64,000 nt of DNA from the IMG/VR virus record IMGVR_UViG_3300005613_000015, positions 37,675 through 101,674 of that record. One strand, written 5' to 3'. The notes beneath the pieces are model-generated. The model did no database searches. It saw only the letters and a program-made list of their open reading frames with translations, and had not been told where the DNA came from. This document shows positions 1 through 10,337 of the stretch, piece by piece; position 1 is the stretch's first letter, and the number at the start of each line of letters is the position of its first letter. The stretch comes from a virus. Both the position numbers and the translations under genes were made by a program.

Positions 1-2423
1 TCGCTGTTCCTCCGTGGGAAAAGTACGGCTTTTATAAAGAGTGTGAGTTAGATTACGAGTCACTAGACTTCTTTTGTGATATATTATCTGGTAGCAGGGA
101 TAGCTTCGGGTTTGAGGTGTCAGAAAGCGCCGTCTCTGAATTTAAATCCCTACTCACCAGCGCTTTTGAAAGTGTATACGTCATCGAAGGTATTCCTAAA
201 TTTTCCCAAAACAATAGATTTAGATTTTTTACTGAAGGGCATCACTTACCTCCAAACTATTCGAGTTTCGTAGTTCCTGGAAGTACCGATTCCTTACAGG
301 ATTTTGATGTTTGGAGTACTAAAGCATCTTTTATGTTTGCATCTTTTGCAGCGTCTTCTATGGACTACACTTTAGATGCATACGATACGTATCGTAACCG
401 TGCCGCCTTACAAACGTTTGTAGATGTTTTAAAAGAGACGATTCCGCTGCACGTTGCACTTAGAGTTATTTTATATAATGACTTGGAAGATGACTATGAG
501 CCAACGCAGTCACTAGCTGTAATTTCAGACCAGTGTTTAGATTTATTTAATGTTGAATATTTAAATTCTAAACATGCGGATTTCTGGGCTGGTGCTAGTG
601 GCACGGGGTCTTTAGGGACAACCTATGTAAACGGAGATGGTCGAGTACTTCCAAGCTATGTTTCAAGTGATAGCGGCTGGTGGCAGGTTAGTGCGACTCT
701 AGACCGAAATACGTCTCGGAGAAGAGATTATAGGTATGCGTTAGAGTGTTATCCGTATGTTAGGTCAGGAAAAGGAATGCCTGTCGCTCTTACGCATTAT
801 AAAATTGCTACTTCGTCGGCTACGGTAGATGATAACCCGTACATTAATACGTGGGAATATATTCTTAAAGGGTTCGAATATGATAAGCAGGAGTTCCTAC
901 CAACATCTTCTACGGTATGGGATTCAAGTGGATTTTATGTCGCTACAGAAGGGTGCTACGTTTCAGGAACGTCCAACGAGTTTGACCTGTCTACCTTATA
1001 TCCAGTCAGGGCAGTTCCAGAGACCGACTACGCAGCTAGTTCCGTTCTTGTGTATAGAGATACGATGAAAGGAATTCTAGAAGTAATTACTTCTAAGAAG
1101 ATTCGGGAGGATAAGTTTGCGCCTTTATCAGATGATGATTATAAATCATTTGAATTTGGAAATAGTGTACATGAAGCATACACGATTTACAAAAATGAGT
1201 TTTCGGGGCTTTTAAAAAATACGTTAGGCCCCAACACGCCTTATTACGGTGGATACAACTTTATTTCTTATGCTTTTGGACCGACTATTTGGAATAGCGA
1301 TTTCCGACACTTAGGAGAAATTACTAACGCCTCAATCCCAACCACGCTTCCAGGGCTTACGTTATCGAAGTATGGATATGACACTCAGTGGTCTTCTGTC
1401 GTGGGAGGCACGAACGCAGGCGGTCAGTTATATCAAAATCAGAATGGTAGAAAAGTTACTGTTGCGGAGAGAACATATTTTGGAGAAGCCCCTGATGTAA
1501 TTTCAAACGAAGATATCGGCGTGACAAGAACACGGGCATTCTTGTCTACTAGAGAAATTTTATCCGGGCTAGAGCTTCGCCAAACGACATCGGACTCACA
1601 AAGCTTTATAGTGGTTAACAACCAATCGGTTACTAAAAATGAAAATACCGATTCAAAATATAGTATTACATTATTTAATCCTGACGGGAATCCGCTGTCT
1701 ATCGTAGTTCCTTTTAGACCTTCAGATAGCGCCACAACACATTATAATAAGTTACGCCCACAATCACAGTTTAGTCTTGATATATTTGCTAAGACAAGCG
1801 GAGTTAAATCTCAAGAAATTAAAATTGAACTGGTAACTTCAGGGCTAACGGATGATGCAGGTAGTGATAAAGAGTGGACGTTTGATTGGTTTGAAAGAAA
1901 ATGGCGTCCTACAGAAAATATTCTAGAAGATTATAGATTTACTACGCTTACTGTTTCAAAAGATGAGAACTGTATTAAACCTTATCGAGTAGATTTCCAT
2001 ACTGAGGATATTTTTACAGAAAAAGTGTTGCCGTGTACAACTCCTTTTAAAACGGGAGATGTACACACTTCTTCCACAAACTACCTGTTAAAGATTACCT
2101 GCCCAACAATCTCCCCCTCAAAAAGAGATGTACTTGTTGATGGGTTAACAGTTTATGAAATTTCTATTACAGATAGATTGTTAAATCAAAGTATGAATGA
2201 CTTTAATGCTTCTGAAATGGATATTGTATATAATTTTTGGGATGAACTTTCAGAGGGTAAGCATTCCAGAGACGCAACCAACTCAGCAAGTTTCTTTGAG
2301 ACTAACGGAGGTAGTAGGGCTGAATATGTTGAACTTTTGGGCGGCGGTCTGTATAGCGTTTCTTCTACTATAGGGGTGGGAGCCCCGTCAGGAAACGCAT
2401 ATATTTATAACCTAGAGGACTAA
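1..2423 (+). CDS. Large virion structural protein (baseplate/tail region), 5'-truncated by the window edge
   Basis: The frame of ORF 117..2423 is open from position 3 (AVPPWEKYGFYKECELDY...), so the gene starts upstream of the window. It is S/T/Y-rich and leads a tightly coupled structural operon. Confidence 0.55.
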   Translation, partial: AVPPWEKYGFYKECELDYESLDFFCDILSGSRDSFGFEVSESAVSEFKSLLTSAFESVYVIEGIPKFSQNNRFRFFTEGHHLPPNYSSFVVPGSTDSLQDFDVWSTKASFMFASFAASSMDYTLDAYDTYRNRAALQTFVDVLKETIPLHVALRVILYNDLEDDYEPTQSLAVISDQCLDLFNVEYLNSKHADFWAGASGTGSLGTTYVNGDGRVLPSYVSSDSGWWQVSATLDRNTSRRRDYRYALECYPYVRSGKGMPVALTHYKIATSSATVDDNPYINTWEYILKGFEYDKQEFLPTSSTVWDSSGFYVATEGCYVSGTSNEFDLSTLYPVRAVPETDYAASSVLVYRDTMKGILEVITSKKIREDKFAPLSDDDYKSFEFGNSVHEAYTIYKNEFSGLLKNTLGPNTPYYGGYNFISYAFGPTIWNSDFRHLGEITNASIPTTLPGLTLSKYGYDTQWSSVVGGTNAGGQLYQNQNGRKVTVAERTYFGEAPDVISNEDIGVTRTRAFLSTREILSGLELRQTTSDSQSFIVVNNQSVTKNENTDSKYSITLFNPDGNPLSIVVPFRPSDSATTHYNKLRPQSQFSLDIFAKTSGVKSQEIKIELVTSGLTDDAGSDKEWTFDWFERKWRPTENILEDYRFTTLTVSKDENCIKPYRVDFHTEDIFTEKVLPCTTPFKTGDVHTSSTNYLLKITCPTISPSKRDVLVDGLTVYEISITDRLLNQSMNDFNASEMDIVYNFWDELSEGKHSRDATNSASFFETNGGSRAEYVELLGGGLYSVSSTIGVGAPSGNAYIYNLED

Positions 2424-2425
2424 GA

Positions 2426-5400
2426 ATGCACGGAACTGTTCGTATTTACAAAAACTTCGAAGAAAGCCCTGTTATAGAAGAACCCAACATGATTGTTGAT
2501 GGGTTCAAGGAGCATATTGTAGATATGATGACTTGGATTCCTGCTCCTTCAGAAGGATATTCTTCAGTCTCGGCGGGTTATAACGTTTCAAATTTTACGA
2601 TTCAGGCGATGGCTTTAGCTCCTTGCCAAGCCGCAGCGCAACGCGCAGACGCTCTTCTAGCGGTTTCTGGGTATACGGTTACTGGAGCGCCTTCAGGAAT
2701 AGGGCTCTCCTCATTAAAACGTTCTGGAGAAAGTTGGACGTATATGGAGGATATACCAAATAACTTTTTCAGTTCTGTTAACTCCCGCAGCGCAAGTAGT
2801 TTTCCGAACTCCATACTAAAAAATCCGACACTTTCAGCCTATACTTCATACTTAAAAAACGGAAAATTTAAAAATTACAGCATCAATCACTTTCTATCAG
2901 GCTCTTTCATAAATGAGCTTTTAGATTTATATGAACTTCCTAATTGGTCTATTCAAAGCTACCTTAGATATGACCCAAATTCAACAGAGTATGATGATAC
3001 TTATGTTGCTGGCTCCTGCGCTAGATATGCTTTAAGTTCTGTATCTGCACTATACTCGACACTATCCTCCGTTTACGCCGAAGAAGATGAAGGCGTGTTG
3101 TATATTCGTTCTTTTGCAACTAGTTCTGAAGGAGATACCTCTGGAGCCGTAAAACTCTCGCAGCAATTTTTATTTCCTACTACGGAGTTTGAGCCTTTAG
3201 AAACTGTAGCTTCTGCAACTAGTATTGCAGAGATTACGGCTCAGTTCAGTTCTGTTAGTGGGACTACTAGCCAAGCAGCGATTCACGTTAGTCTGCGAGA
3301 TGTTACAACAGGTGAGTCGTATAATTTTGCTTCTGGAAGTTACACAAGACACTCTTGGCAAGGGTCTGGAACTCCATTAATTATTCCGGCTAGTGCAAGT
3401 ACATCTGGAACAATCTCTACGTTTTTCAATATTCCAAACGATAAGCTTAAAAATAAGTTTGAGGTTGAGTTCGCGTTCTACTGTGATGCTTCCAGTAATC
3501 CTCTAGGAACATACTTTTGGAATGCTAACGTACAACAATGTGAGGGTTGGAAGTTCGGGAACATTTACGAAAATGCTGATATTCATAGGGTCGTTAACAA
3601 TGATTTTGCTAATCCAGGAATGTACTTCTATGCGTCCAGCATAGGTAGTTCCGTTAGTGCAACGGATTTAAGCAACGTAACATATGTATCCCAGGGGGTG
3701 AGGCTTAATCCTTTAAAGAAATACTCTTTTAACCCTATGCCTTATGGTTCCTGGGCTACTAGCTCCGATAATATGAGTTATGGGCTTATTAAATGGGCAA
3801 GCTCTAATGTGCAAGAACAGTACAGATATAATTTGCTTGCTACTATCGGAGCAGAAAATCTATTAGAAACACGCTTAAATTCGGTGAGTTATGTCGTAAC
3901 TCCCAACCTATCTCGTACTTCAACCTATAACGATACTACTGTTTATAAGGAAAAGATTTTACCAGAGGACTTGTTTTTAGAGATTTCCTCCCAGCAACAA
4001 AAGACAGGGACATTTAATGTTGTGGATGGAGATTCTTTTGACCTTCAATTCTCATTCCTTAACGAGTATGACAGTACTTTAAGCGCTGGAGTTTCAAAAA
4101 TTAATCTCTTAACCTCTCGTTACGGTACAGACGGAAATCAGAGATTTTATGATTTCGCAAATAATGAGTGGGCAATATCCTCAACTAACTCTGATTTATA
4201 TACTTCATCATTAATAGTTTCAGGTCCTGTAGGTCATTACGACGGTGCAGCAATTATAACCGATGGCCTAAACGGTATTATCGACGTTGAAAGTGATAAT
4301 ACTTATGAACTAATTTTAACTGTTGAAAGTGTAGGCGATACCCCCTCCTACATAAAAAATATTCGATGCAACTCGAAACCTGTTTCGGAAACTCCAACAT
4401 CCTACGGATTTAAGTCTAATCTTTCTGGTGCGGGATATCTTGATGTAGCTTGGCTATCTACTAATGATAATAGGAACACGTTATTCAGCAGTCTCGGGTC
4501 TTTGTTCACTCCTGATGCTCCATTAAATTACGGTAGTCAGGCGGGGTCAATACTTATCGAAGGTATGTTTGATGACCCAAGGTATGTTCACACGGAGGAG
4601 TCTGAATATGAAATATTCCTTATGAATTCGAATGTAGATTCGGCTTCAAACTATATCAAACTTCGGGCTACTCTAACAGATGCGGCTTTAAGTCTTTGTA
4701 CAGAAGAGATAGACAGTAACATTTTAACGTCTGAGGATTATATCAACAAACCACGTTTCGATATTATCGGACAACCGTTCTTTGAATATAACGGATTGAG
4801 TGGATTGTACGGACAAGGAGGATTGTTTGATATCTTTTTTAGAGCCCCTGGAGGTTCGGTAAATTATATTCCTGATACTTCGTATGAGTATTTTTCAGGG
4901 ACAGGTGGATTGAATATTCACTATCCTTTCGATGCAAGTGTAGGTAGTCTTTATGGAGGTTTTGAAACGTCCCCAAAGACAAAGCTTGGGTATACTTATG
5001 CATTAAGTGATATTAGCTTGCCTGTAAGTGCAACTGAAATGGCTTTTGGGTTTGAATATAACAGTAGAGAAACCTCCTCCTACCCGTCTGTAAATTGGCA
5101 AGCCGCTGCCACTACGAAGGATGGTAATGTTTTATGGTGGGATAGCGCGGTAAATAAATGGGAGCATTACGATATTAGCGCACAACCTCTTAATGCTTTT
5201 GACCATACTCTACAACCAGGAGATTTAAGCGCGGTTGTAAAAACGGCACTTAGTACGAAAGTAGATATCACTTCTGAACGCTTTGATAGCACTACAAAAA
5301 TTACCTTCTATATTGTTTGTACTGACTGGGCTTCAAATAGCGCAGCACAGCCTGTAGACGCTGTATTTATTACAAACTGGCGATTTTACATCGTCAACCA

Positions 5401-6040
5401 AGAACCGCCCGACCATTTACCAGGGTTTCCCAGTCCTTTAGATAGAACTTTAATACCTATCAATTATGAAACGACCCCTTACGGACACTATGGAAATGAG
5501 TTGAATTATTGGAGTAGTATATCTGGGGTTTCTTACGAGAGAATAACAGGTCGTATTAATGCAGCCCCTCATGTAAAGACAGACCCGAATGGAAATTCAA
5601 TTGCTGTTAATGGTGTACAGTCTAGAAGCTTTTTGAATCAGTATAGTGGTATAAATTCAGAAGGGTATATTCTTCCTGGTAATCTGCTCGCAGGGCTGGC
5701 CGTAAAGGGTTTTGTGACAAGCGCGACGACTTCATCAATTGTACTGACCTTAGACCTTGCAAATGATTATGTCTCGAACTTTTACGACCTTGATGTACTT
5801 GAGGCTCAGGGAGGTATCGGAGCTATTGGACTGTACGTTCTTGATGTAAAAGCAACTTATAAAAAGCTTTTAGAAGGTGGTTATGATTTATCTGCTATGA
5901 ATGATGATTTATTTAATACCGATACAAATCCAGTATATAAGTTAGTTGCTAAGAAAGTATTTAGACAAGCGTTAACAAATCCTAACGACGCTCTTAGTAA
6001 TGACTACATTCGTATTCAGTGGGAGATTAACTTCTTATAA
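2426..6040 (+). CDS. Large tail/baseplate structural protein (termini resemble the next gene, with ~1000 aa between them)
   Basis: 1204 aa. N-term HGTVRIY..EEPNMIVDG and C-term IGAIGLY...LVAKKVF...IRIQWEINF parallel the 192 aa neighbour. Ser/Thr-rich beta-type composition. Confidence 0.55.
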   Translation: MHGTVRIYKNFEESPVIEEPNMIVDGFKEHIVDMMTWIPAPSEGYSSVSAGYNVSNFTIQAMALAPCQAAAQRADALLAVSGYTVTGAPSGIGLSSLKRSGESWTYMEDIPNNFFSSVNSRSASSFPNSILKNPTLSAYTSYLKNGKFKNYSINHFLSGSFINELLDLYELPNWSIQSYLRYDPNSTEYDDTYVAGSCARYALSSVSALYSTLSSVYAEEDEGVLYIRSFATSSEGDTSGAVKLSQQFLFPTTEFEPLETVASATSIAEITAQFSSVSGTTSQAAIHVSLRDVTTGESYNFASGSYTRHSWQGSGTPLIIPASASTSGTISTFFNIPNDKLKNKFEVEFAFYCDASSNPLGTYFWNANVQQCEGWKFGNIYENADIHRVVNNDFANPGMYFYASSIGSSVSATDLSNVTYVSQGVRLNPLKKYSFNPMPYGSWATSSDNMSYGLIKWASSNVQEQYRYNLLATIGAENLLETRLNSVSYVVTPNLSRTSTYNDTTVYKEKILPEDLFLEISSQQQKTGTFNVVDGDSFDLQFSFLNEYDSTLSAGVSKINLLTSRYGTDGNQRFYDFANNEWAISSTNSDLYTSSLIVSGPVGHYDGAAIITDGLNGIIDVESDNTYELILTVESVGDTPSYIKNIRCNSKPVSETPTSYGFKSNLSGAGYLDVAWLSTNDNRNTLFSSLGSLFTPDAPLNYGSQAGSILIEGMFDDPRYVHTEESEYEIFLMNSNVDSASNYIKLRATLTDAALSLCTEEIDSNILTSEDYINKPRFDIIGQPFFEYNGLSGLYGQGGLFDIFFRAPGGSVNYIPDTSYEYFSGTGGLNIHYPFDASVGSLYGGFETSPKTKLGYTYALSDISLPVSATEMAFGFEYNSRETSSYPSVNWQAAATTKDGNVLWWDSAVNKWEHYDISAQPLNAFDHTLQPGDLSAVVKTALSTKVDITSERFDSTTKITFYIVCTDWASNSAAQPVDAVFITNWRFYIVNQEPPDHLPGFPSPLDRTLIPINYETTPYGHYGNELNYWSSISGVSYERITGRINAAPHVKTDPNGNSIAVNGVQSRSFLNQYSGINSEGYILPGNLLAGLAVKGFVTSATTSSIVLTLDLANDYVSNFYDLDVLEAQGGIGAIGLYVLDVKATYKKLLEGGYDLSAMNDDLFNTDTNPVYKLVAKKVFRQALTNPNDALSNDYIRIQWEINFL

Positions 6041-6618
6041 TGACTCAAATTTTAAATTACAATAATACTGATATTCGAGGGCACTTAGAAGTTGTTAAAG
6101 TGTTTTCTGACGGTACAGAAGAAGTTCATTTTTCTGATTCAAATGTTATTACCTCTGGAATGGGCCATACCCTATTAAAAGCTTTTTCAAACCCTAGTAC
6201 ATACAATATCTCAAGTTATCAAATTGTATACTTTCAGTTAGGCGTCTCAGGAGATGCGAGCCTTCAAGTGTCTAGTACAGGAGAACTTTCTTCTGCGCTG
6301 GCTATTGGTGATTATGGCACAGCCAATTTTGAGATTTCAACTCATGATTTATCCTCTGGCGCAGGCGCAAGTAGCGTTCCTTTTGGTATCATCCCATTCT
6401 CCTATATAAAGAAGATTAGCCCTGCGAGGGTTATGTATCAAATATTTGTGGGGGAAAATGCTTGTAATAGCCAAACGCTCAATGAAGTGGGATTATTCAG
6501 CCGTAACCCCGATAATGCTGCAACCGAGGGTAGTTACTTATGCGCTTACCGATATTTTACTCCTTTGGAGAAGAATGACAGTTTTTCTGTTTTGTTTAGA
6601 TGGGTAATTGAATTCTAA
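6040..6618 (+). CDS. Baseplate wedge / tail-fibre attachment-type protein
   Basis: Pattern RGHLEV...NVITSG...NEVGLFS...AYRYF..LEK...FRWVIEF is typical of small myovirus baseplate/tail-collar proteins. TAATG-coupled to neighbours. Confidence 0.55.
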   Translation: MTQILNYNNTDIRGHLEVVKVFSDGTEEVHFSDSNVITSGMGHTLLKAFSNPSTYNISSYQIVYFQLGVSGDASLQVSSTGELSSALAIGDYGTANFEISTHDLSSGAGASSVPFGIIPFSYIKKISPARVMYQIFVGENACNSQTLNEVGLFSRNPDNAATEGSYLCAYRYFTPLEKNDSFSVLFRWVIEF

Positions 6619-9600
6619 TGGTTTCCTTTAGTTCAACACTGTACGAATACTTCGACGTTACAGGAGGTGATAATAACCTCTCAGGATACGCCTTCCCAGA
6701 AGTGCATAAGCATGACGCTAGTTCATTCTACAACTGGGAGCAGGATAACCTGCCGATACTTGACCTTGAAACGCGCTCAGATGTCCTGAAACAGCACTTG
6801 GGCTTAGACACGACCCTTACGGGGGTAACGCTTACAGTCTCAGCAGACGCGCTTAGAAGCGCCTCCAGCGTGGGGGTATACCAGACTGTTCAGGAAGCAT
6901 TGGAAGTAGTTCCTCGTAGGTTGAGGTTTCCGGTACTGATTGAGATTTGTAGCTTTGGTGATTTAGGAGAGTTACATTTAAAAGATATTCAGTGTGAGGG
7001 TGACGGGGCTTTACAAATTAGTTGTCGTCAGTATGCAAACTCCTTTTTAATGAAGGCAGCATCGGTTAGTGCCACTCCTAAATATGGACCTTCAGCCACG
7101 CAAACTGTTGCCTTGGAGATGTCTGGCCCGTCGAACCAAATTACGACAGCCATTGGGAATGCCTCTTCTACAAAGCTAGGCATAACCTGCTCATCTGTTG
7201 ATAAATGGGATAGACACGCAAGGGCCTTTTTTTCTAAGTGGCCAAATTCTCAGGATGAAGCACAGAACATAGCATTTTCTGTATTCCCTTCCCCCGATAA
7301 TGGAAGTTTTAGTTCGACAACTGCGAACTTTTTCAATCTTCCTGCGTACGATACTCGTTATGATAGTACGGTTTTACAAGACGTAAATCCAAGAGAGGCA
7401 AACGGCTCAGGCGCTTCACTTATTTCGAGTCGAGAAGCCTTAGAAGTAGGTGACTATGGTACTGTTACTCTATATGGTTCTTATTTTAGTAAGGTTACTA
7501 TCCATAACTGTTCTAAAATTAAATTACAAGGGGTATGTATAGATTCTGGTCGTGGTGCGGATTTCTCTTTCCCTAATAACCTTGTTCATTACTGCGATAC
7601 AGGACTTGAGGTAGTTAATTCAAATATTCTGCTCGAAGATGTCGCAGTCTGTCGCATGAAAAAGACAGGAATTTCAGCGCAAAACTCTGTTATTAGCGCA
7701 AGCAAGGGCTTGGTTGTTTATCGTATTTATGATAGAACTGCTACACAAGCTCGCTCTTCAAACGGTACAGGAATTTTGCTTGTTGATTCCACTCTTGCAT
7801 ACAGTACAAGTTCCGTAAACGGAGATGGGCTCGAATTAAGAAATATTTCAAAATGTAAAACAGGTCTTCACGCAATAAACTCTACCGTTGAGGGTGGTTT
7901 TAATAACCAGACTAGTAATAATTTCGTTACAAAACTTGTGTTTCATGGTAACGAAATTGGTATTAAGTTAGAGCATTCTAAATACACGCCAAATGCTAGA
8001 ACAGAAGTATTCTGTAATCTTGAAGGTATTCAAGCAGAGCAATCTATTATTGAGGCTGACACATTCTCAATTGATTCTAATCAAGGCGTAGGGATTTATC
8101 TTGATAAATCTACGTATACATATGGAAAACTGATAGGAACTTACTACACTGACGCTTCGAATTTTTCGGGAGGACCTGCCGCAGCTTCACCAAAACCCGC
8201 TTATACATGTGACTACAACGGTGTTAATTTATTCGTAAATAACGGTTCAACGGTTAAATATGCTGATGGTTGTACGACCGTAAGCAGTTTAGGTTTGTGG
8301 GGAGGTTCTGTACTTGAGCAGGGAGCAACTAACGAGCGTCCAATGTCTAATCACGGACAGGTGAATGGAAAAGCCCAACCTTGCATTATCGTATCCAAGA
8401 ATTCAAGTGCTGAGTTTGCGCATTTATCCGTAGGTGCTTCTCAAACTAGACAAGGTGTAGCTGGCGCGTGCGTACTGGCCGAAAAAGATTCTACAGTAAT
8501 CTTCCGAGGAAGTGGACAATCAAACACATGTCTTGGAGGTACTGGAGGTGTTACAACAACAACTTTAAAAAGTCTTTGGACTAATGCGGGCGTCGCAGCG
8601 GTTGATAATTCAAAAGTTATTTTCACTGGACCCACTAAAATCGCTGGGTTTGGGGTAGGCGTTCTTGCTCAAGGACGTTCAAAAATGTCTTTCGGTCCTC
8701 CTACGACTGACTACACAACATGGCTTCCTGATTCAACGAAGTTCTCTTTAGACGCATCCTCTAACCACTCTTTCTTAGATATTCATTCTGCGAGAGCTTG
8801 TTTGGTTGCAACCGATAAATCAACAATTGAATTAATGGCACTCGGAGGGTCTGCCCTAGACGCCGATAATTCAGTTGATATGAATCAGAATTATAATTCC
8901 TCCGCAATATTCGCCAGCGCTACGTCTGGAAGTTATGTAAGATTTTCTCCTAATGGTTTTACGGAGCGAGTTAATACTACCAAAGCCGCTGGAGGAGCGT
9001 TCGATGTTTTTTCACGAACTGCGGCGGCCTTTGCGGATGATGCTCAATCAGATGTAACTACAGGAGGGATGTGCGTAAGGGCAATTGGCTCTAGCCAAGT
9101 AAATGCAAATCTCGTAAATTTTAAAATAGATAACGCTCTTTCAAATTCATTATCAGGCGTTTGTTATAATTATGACGGAAATGGTTGTGAGTTTGATGAT
9201 ACGATAACATCTGGAATTGTTACCTCTCTAACCTCTAATGTTTGTGATTTAGTTTCTAGTTGCTGTACTGTTGTAACTACTATTGCTAGTACAACTACAA
9301 CCACAACTACAACCACAACTACAACCACAACTACAACCGGCATTACAACCATAACACTTCCAAGCACCATAACATTTCCACCCCCTCCAACTGAATACAA
9401 TATAAACGCAGCTATTACTTATAATGTGGACGGCGCGAGCGGCGGCGTAGATGATTTTTATACAACGCAGGGGGGTATCGAGTTCTCTTGTGTTGGTACG
9501 CAGATTCATCTATGGAATATTGCTGACACTTCCCGTCTACATGCAGCTAACTTGCTTATAAACGGTACGAATCCGAAGACTGAGTGTGTAAATAATAACC

Positions 9601-10337
9601 TTCATGGACCTACTGGTCGTTGGTACAATGGTGCTGCATGTGATTATTATGGGAAGTATGGATATGCTGCGTCTGCATTAAGTGCGGCAGGAATCGACAC
9701 TGGTGGAGAGACTGGTGATGGTTTTAGAAACTTAGGGATTTTCCGACTAGTTGGCTCTCACCGTGGTTTCCTTAAAACTTACTCCGAAGTTGACTATGGC
9801 GGGATAGGCATTTTCTCTCAAACATTTGGAGGAGGCTCTCCTTTAGACCAGATTAACTGCCAAGGATATCAAACTATGTTTGATGCTGCGATTTACACAT
9901 TTGGAGCAGAAGATGAAGTTTCTTATCACTTAGGTCTTGAGCCTGGACTTACGCCAGGAACCGAGCCTGTATTTGGTCGTGGACTAGCAGGGTCTCCTAA
10001 CATGCCAGGAAAAATGAATGGAGTGGTTACTCACGCTATGATGACAGAAGGTATTGGAATGCTTTGGGATGCAGGACAACTACACCCCTCATTCCCAGTC
10101 CCTCCATTACACTTGGATTGGCAGGGTTATATAAGAAATTGGGTTGATGAATCTGCGGCTAGTGTATTTGCAAATGCGCGTCATGGGGCAAATAAAAAAG
10201 TTAACTTACTTTCGATTTACCGCGCAACTACAGACGCCTCTCAAGGTGGCGAAGGCAGAGATATGACCACAGGCTCGCCTACCTTTGGCGTTGGAGTTCG
10301 CTCATTAAATATGTTTGATTTAGATAGGCTTTTATAA
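6618..10337 (+). CDS. Tail spike/fibre with right-handed beta-helix and poly-Thr linker (paralog 1)
   Basis: 1239 aa. Repeating GIxxxxSx motifs (GISAQNS, GILLVDS, GIKLEHS, GIYLDKS) suggest a parallel beta-helix. N-term YQTVQEALEVVP, a T16 tract, and collinear similarity to the next gene. Confidence 0.7.
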   Translation: MVSFSSTLYEYFDVTGGDNNLSGYAFPEVHKHDASSFYNWEQDNLPILDLETRSDVLKQHLGLDTTLTGVTLTVSADALRSASSVGVYQTVQEALEVVPRRLRFPVLIEICSFGDLGELHLKDIQCEGDGALQISCRQYANSFLMKAASVSATPKYGPSATQTVALEMSGPSNQITTAIGNASSTKLGITCSSVDKWDRHARAFFSKWPNSQDEAQNIAFSVFPSPDNGSFSSTTANFFNLPAYDTRYDSTVLQDVNPREANGSGASLISSREALEVGDYGTVTLYGSYFSKVTIHNCSKIKLQGVCIDSGRGADFSFPNNLVHYCDTGLEVVNSNILLEDVAVCRMKKTGISAQNSVISASKGLVVYRIYDRTATQARSSNGTGILLVDSTLAYSTSSVNGDGLELRNISKCKTGLHAINSTVEGGFNNQTSNNFVTKLVFHGNEIGIKLEHSKYTPNARTEVFCNLEGIQAEQSIIEADTFSIDSNQGVGIYLDKSTYTYGKLIGTYYTDASNFSGGPAAASPKPAYTCDYNGVNLFVNNGSTVKYADGCTTVSSLGLWGGSVLEQGATNERPMSNHGQVNGKAQPCIIVSKNSSAEFAHLSVGASQTRQGVAGACVLAEKDSTVIFRGSGQSNTCLGGTGGVTTTTLKSLWTNAGVAAVDNSKVIFTGPTKIAGFGVGVLAQGRSKMSFGPPTTDYTTWLPDSTKFSLDASSNHSFLDIHSARACLVATDKSTIELMALGGSALDADNSVDMNQNYNSSAIFASATSGSYVRFSPNGFTERVNTTKAAGGAFDVFSRTAAAFADDAQSDVTTGGMCVRAIGSSQVNANLVNFKIDNALSNSLSGVCYNYDGNGCEFDDTITSGIVTSLTSNVCDLVSSCCTVVTTIASTTTTTTTTTTTTTTTTGITTITLPSTITFPPPPTEYNINAAITYNVDGASGGVDDFYTTQGGIEFSCVGTQIHLWNIADTSRLHAANLLINGTNPKTECVNNNLHGPTGRWYNGAACDYYGKYGYAASALSAAGIDTGGETGDGFRNLGIFRLVGSHRGFLKTYSEVDYGGIGIFSQTFGGGSPLDQINCQGYQTMFDAAIYTFGAEDEVSYHLGLEPGLTPGTEPVFGRGLAGSPNMPGKMNGVVTHAMMTEGIGMLWDAGQLHPSFPVPPLHLDWQGYIRNWVDESAASVFANARHGANKKVNLLSIYRATTDASQGGEGRDMTTGSPTFGVGVRSLNMFDLDRLL
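9291..9338 (+). repeat. Tandem repeat (ACAACTACAACC)x4 encoding Thr16
   Basis: Four exact 12-bp units read directly from the sequence. Confidence 0.95.

Noticed and set aside
9170-9509. Minus-strand poly-Val and (CSCG)n ORFs
   Set aside because: These are antisense shadows of the Thr16 repeat.
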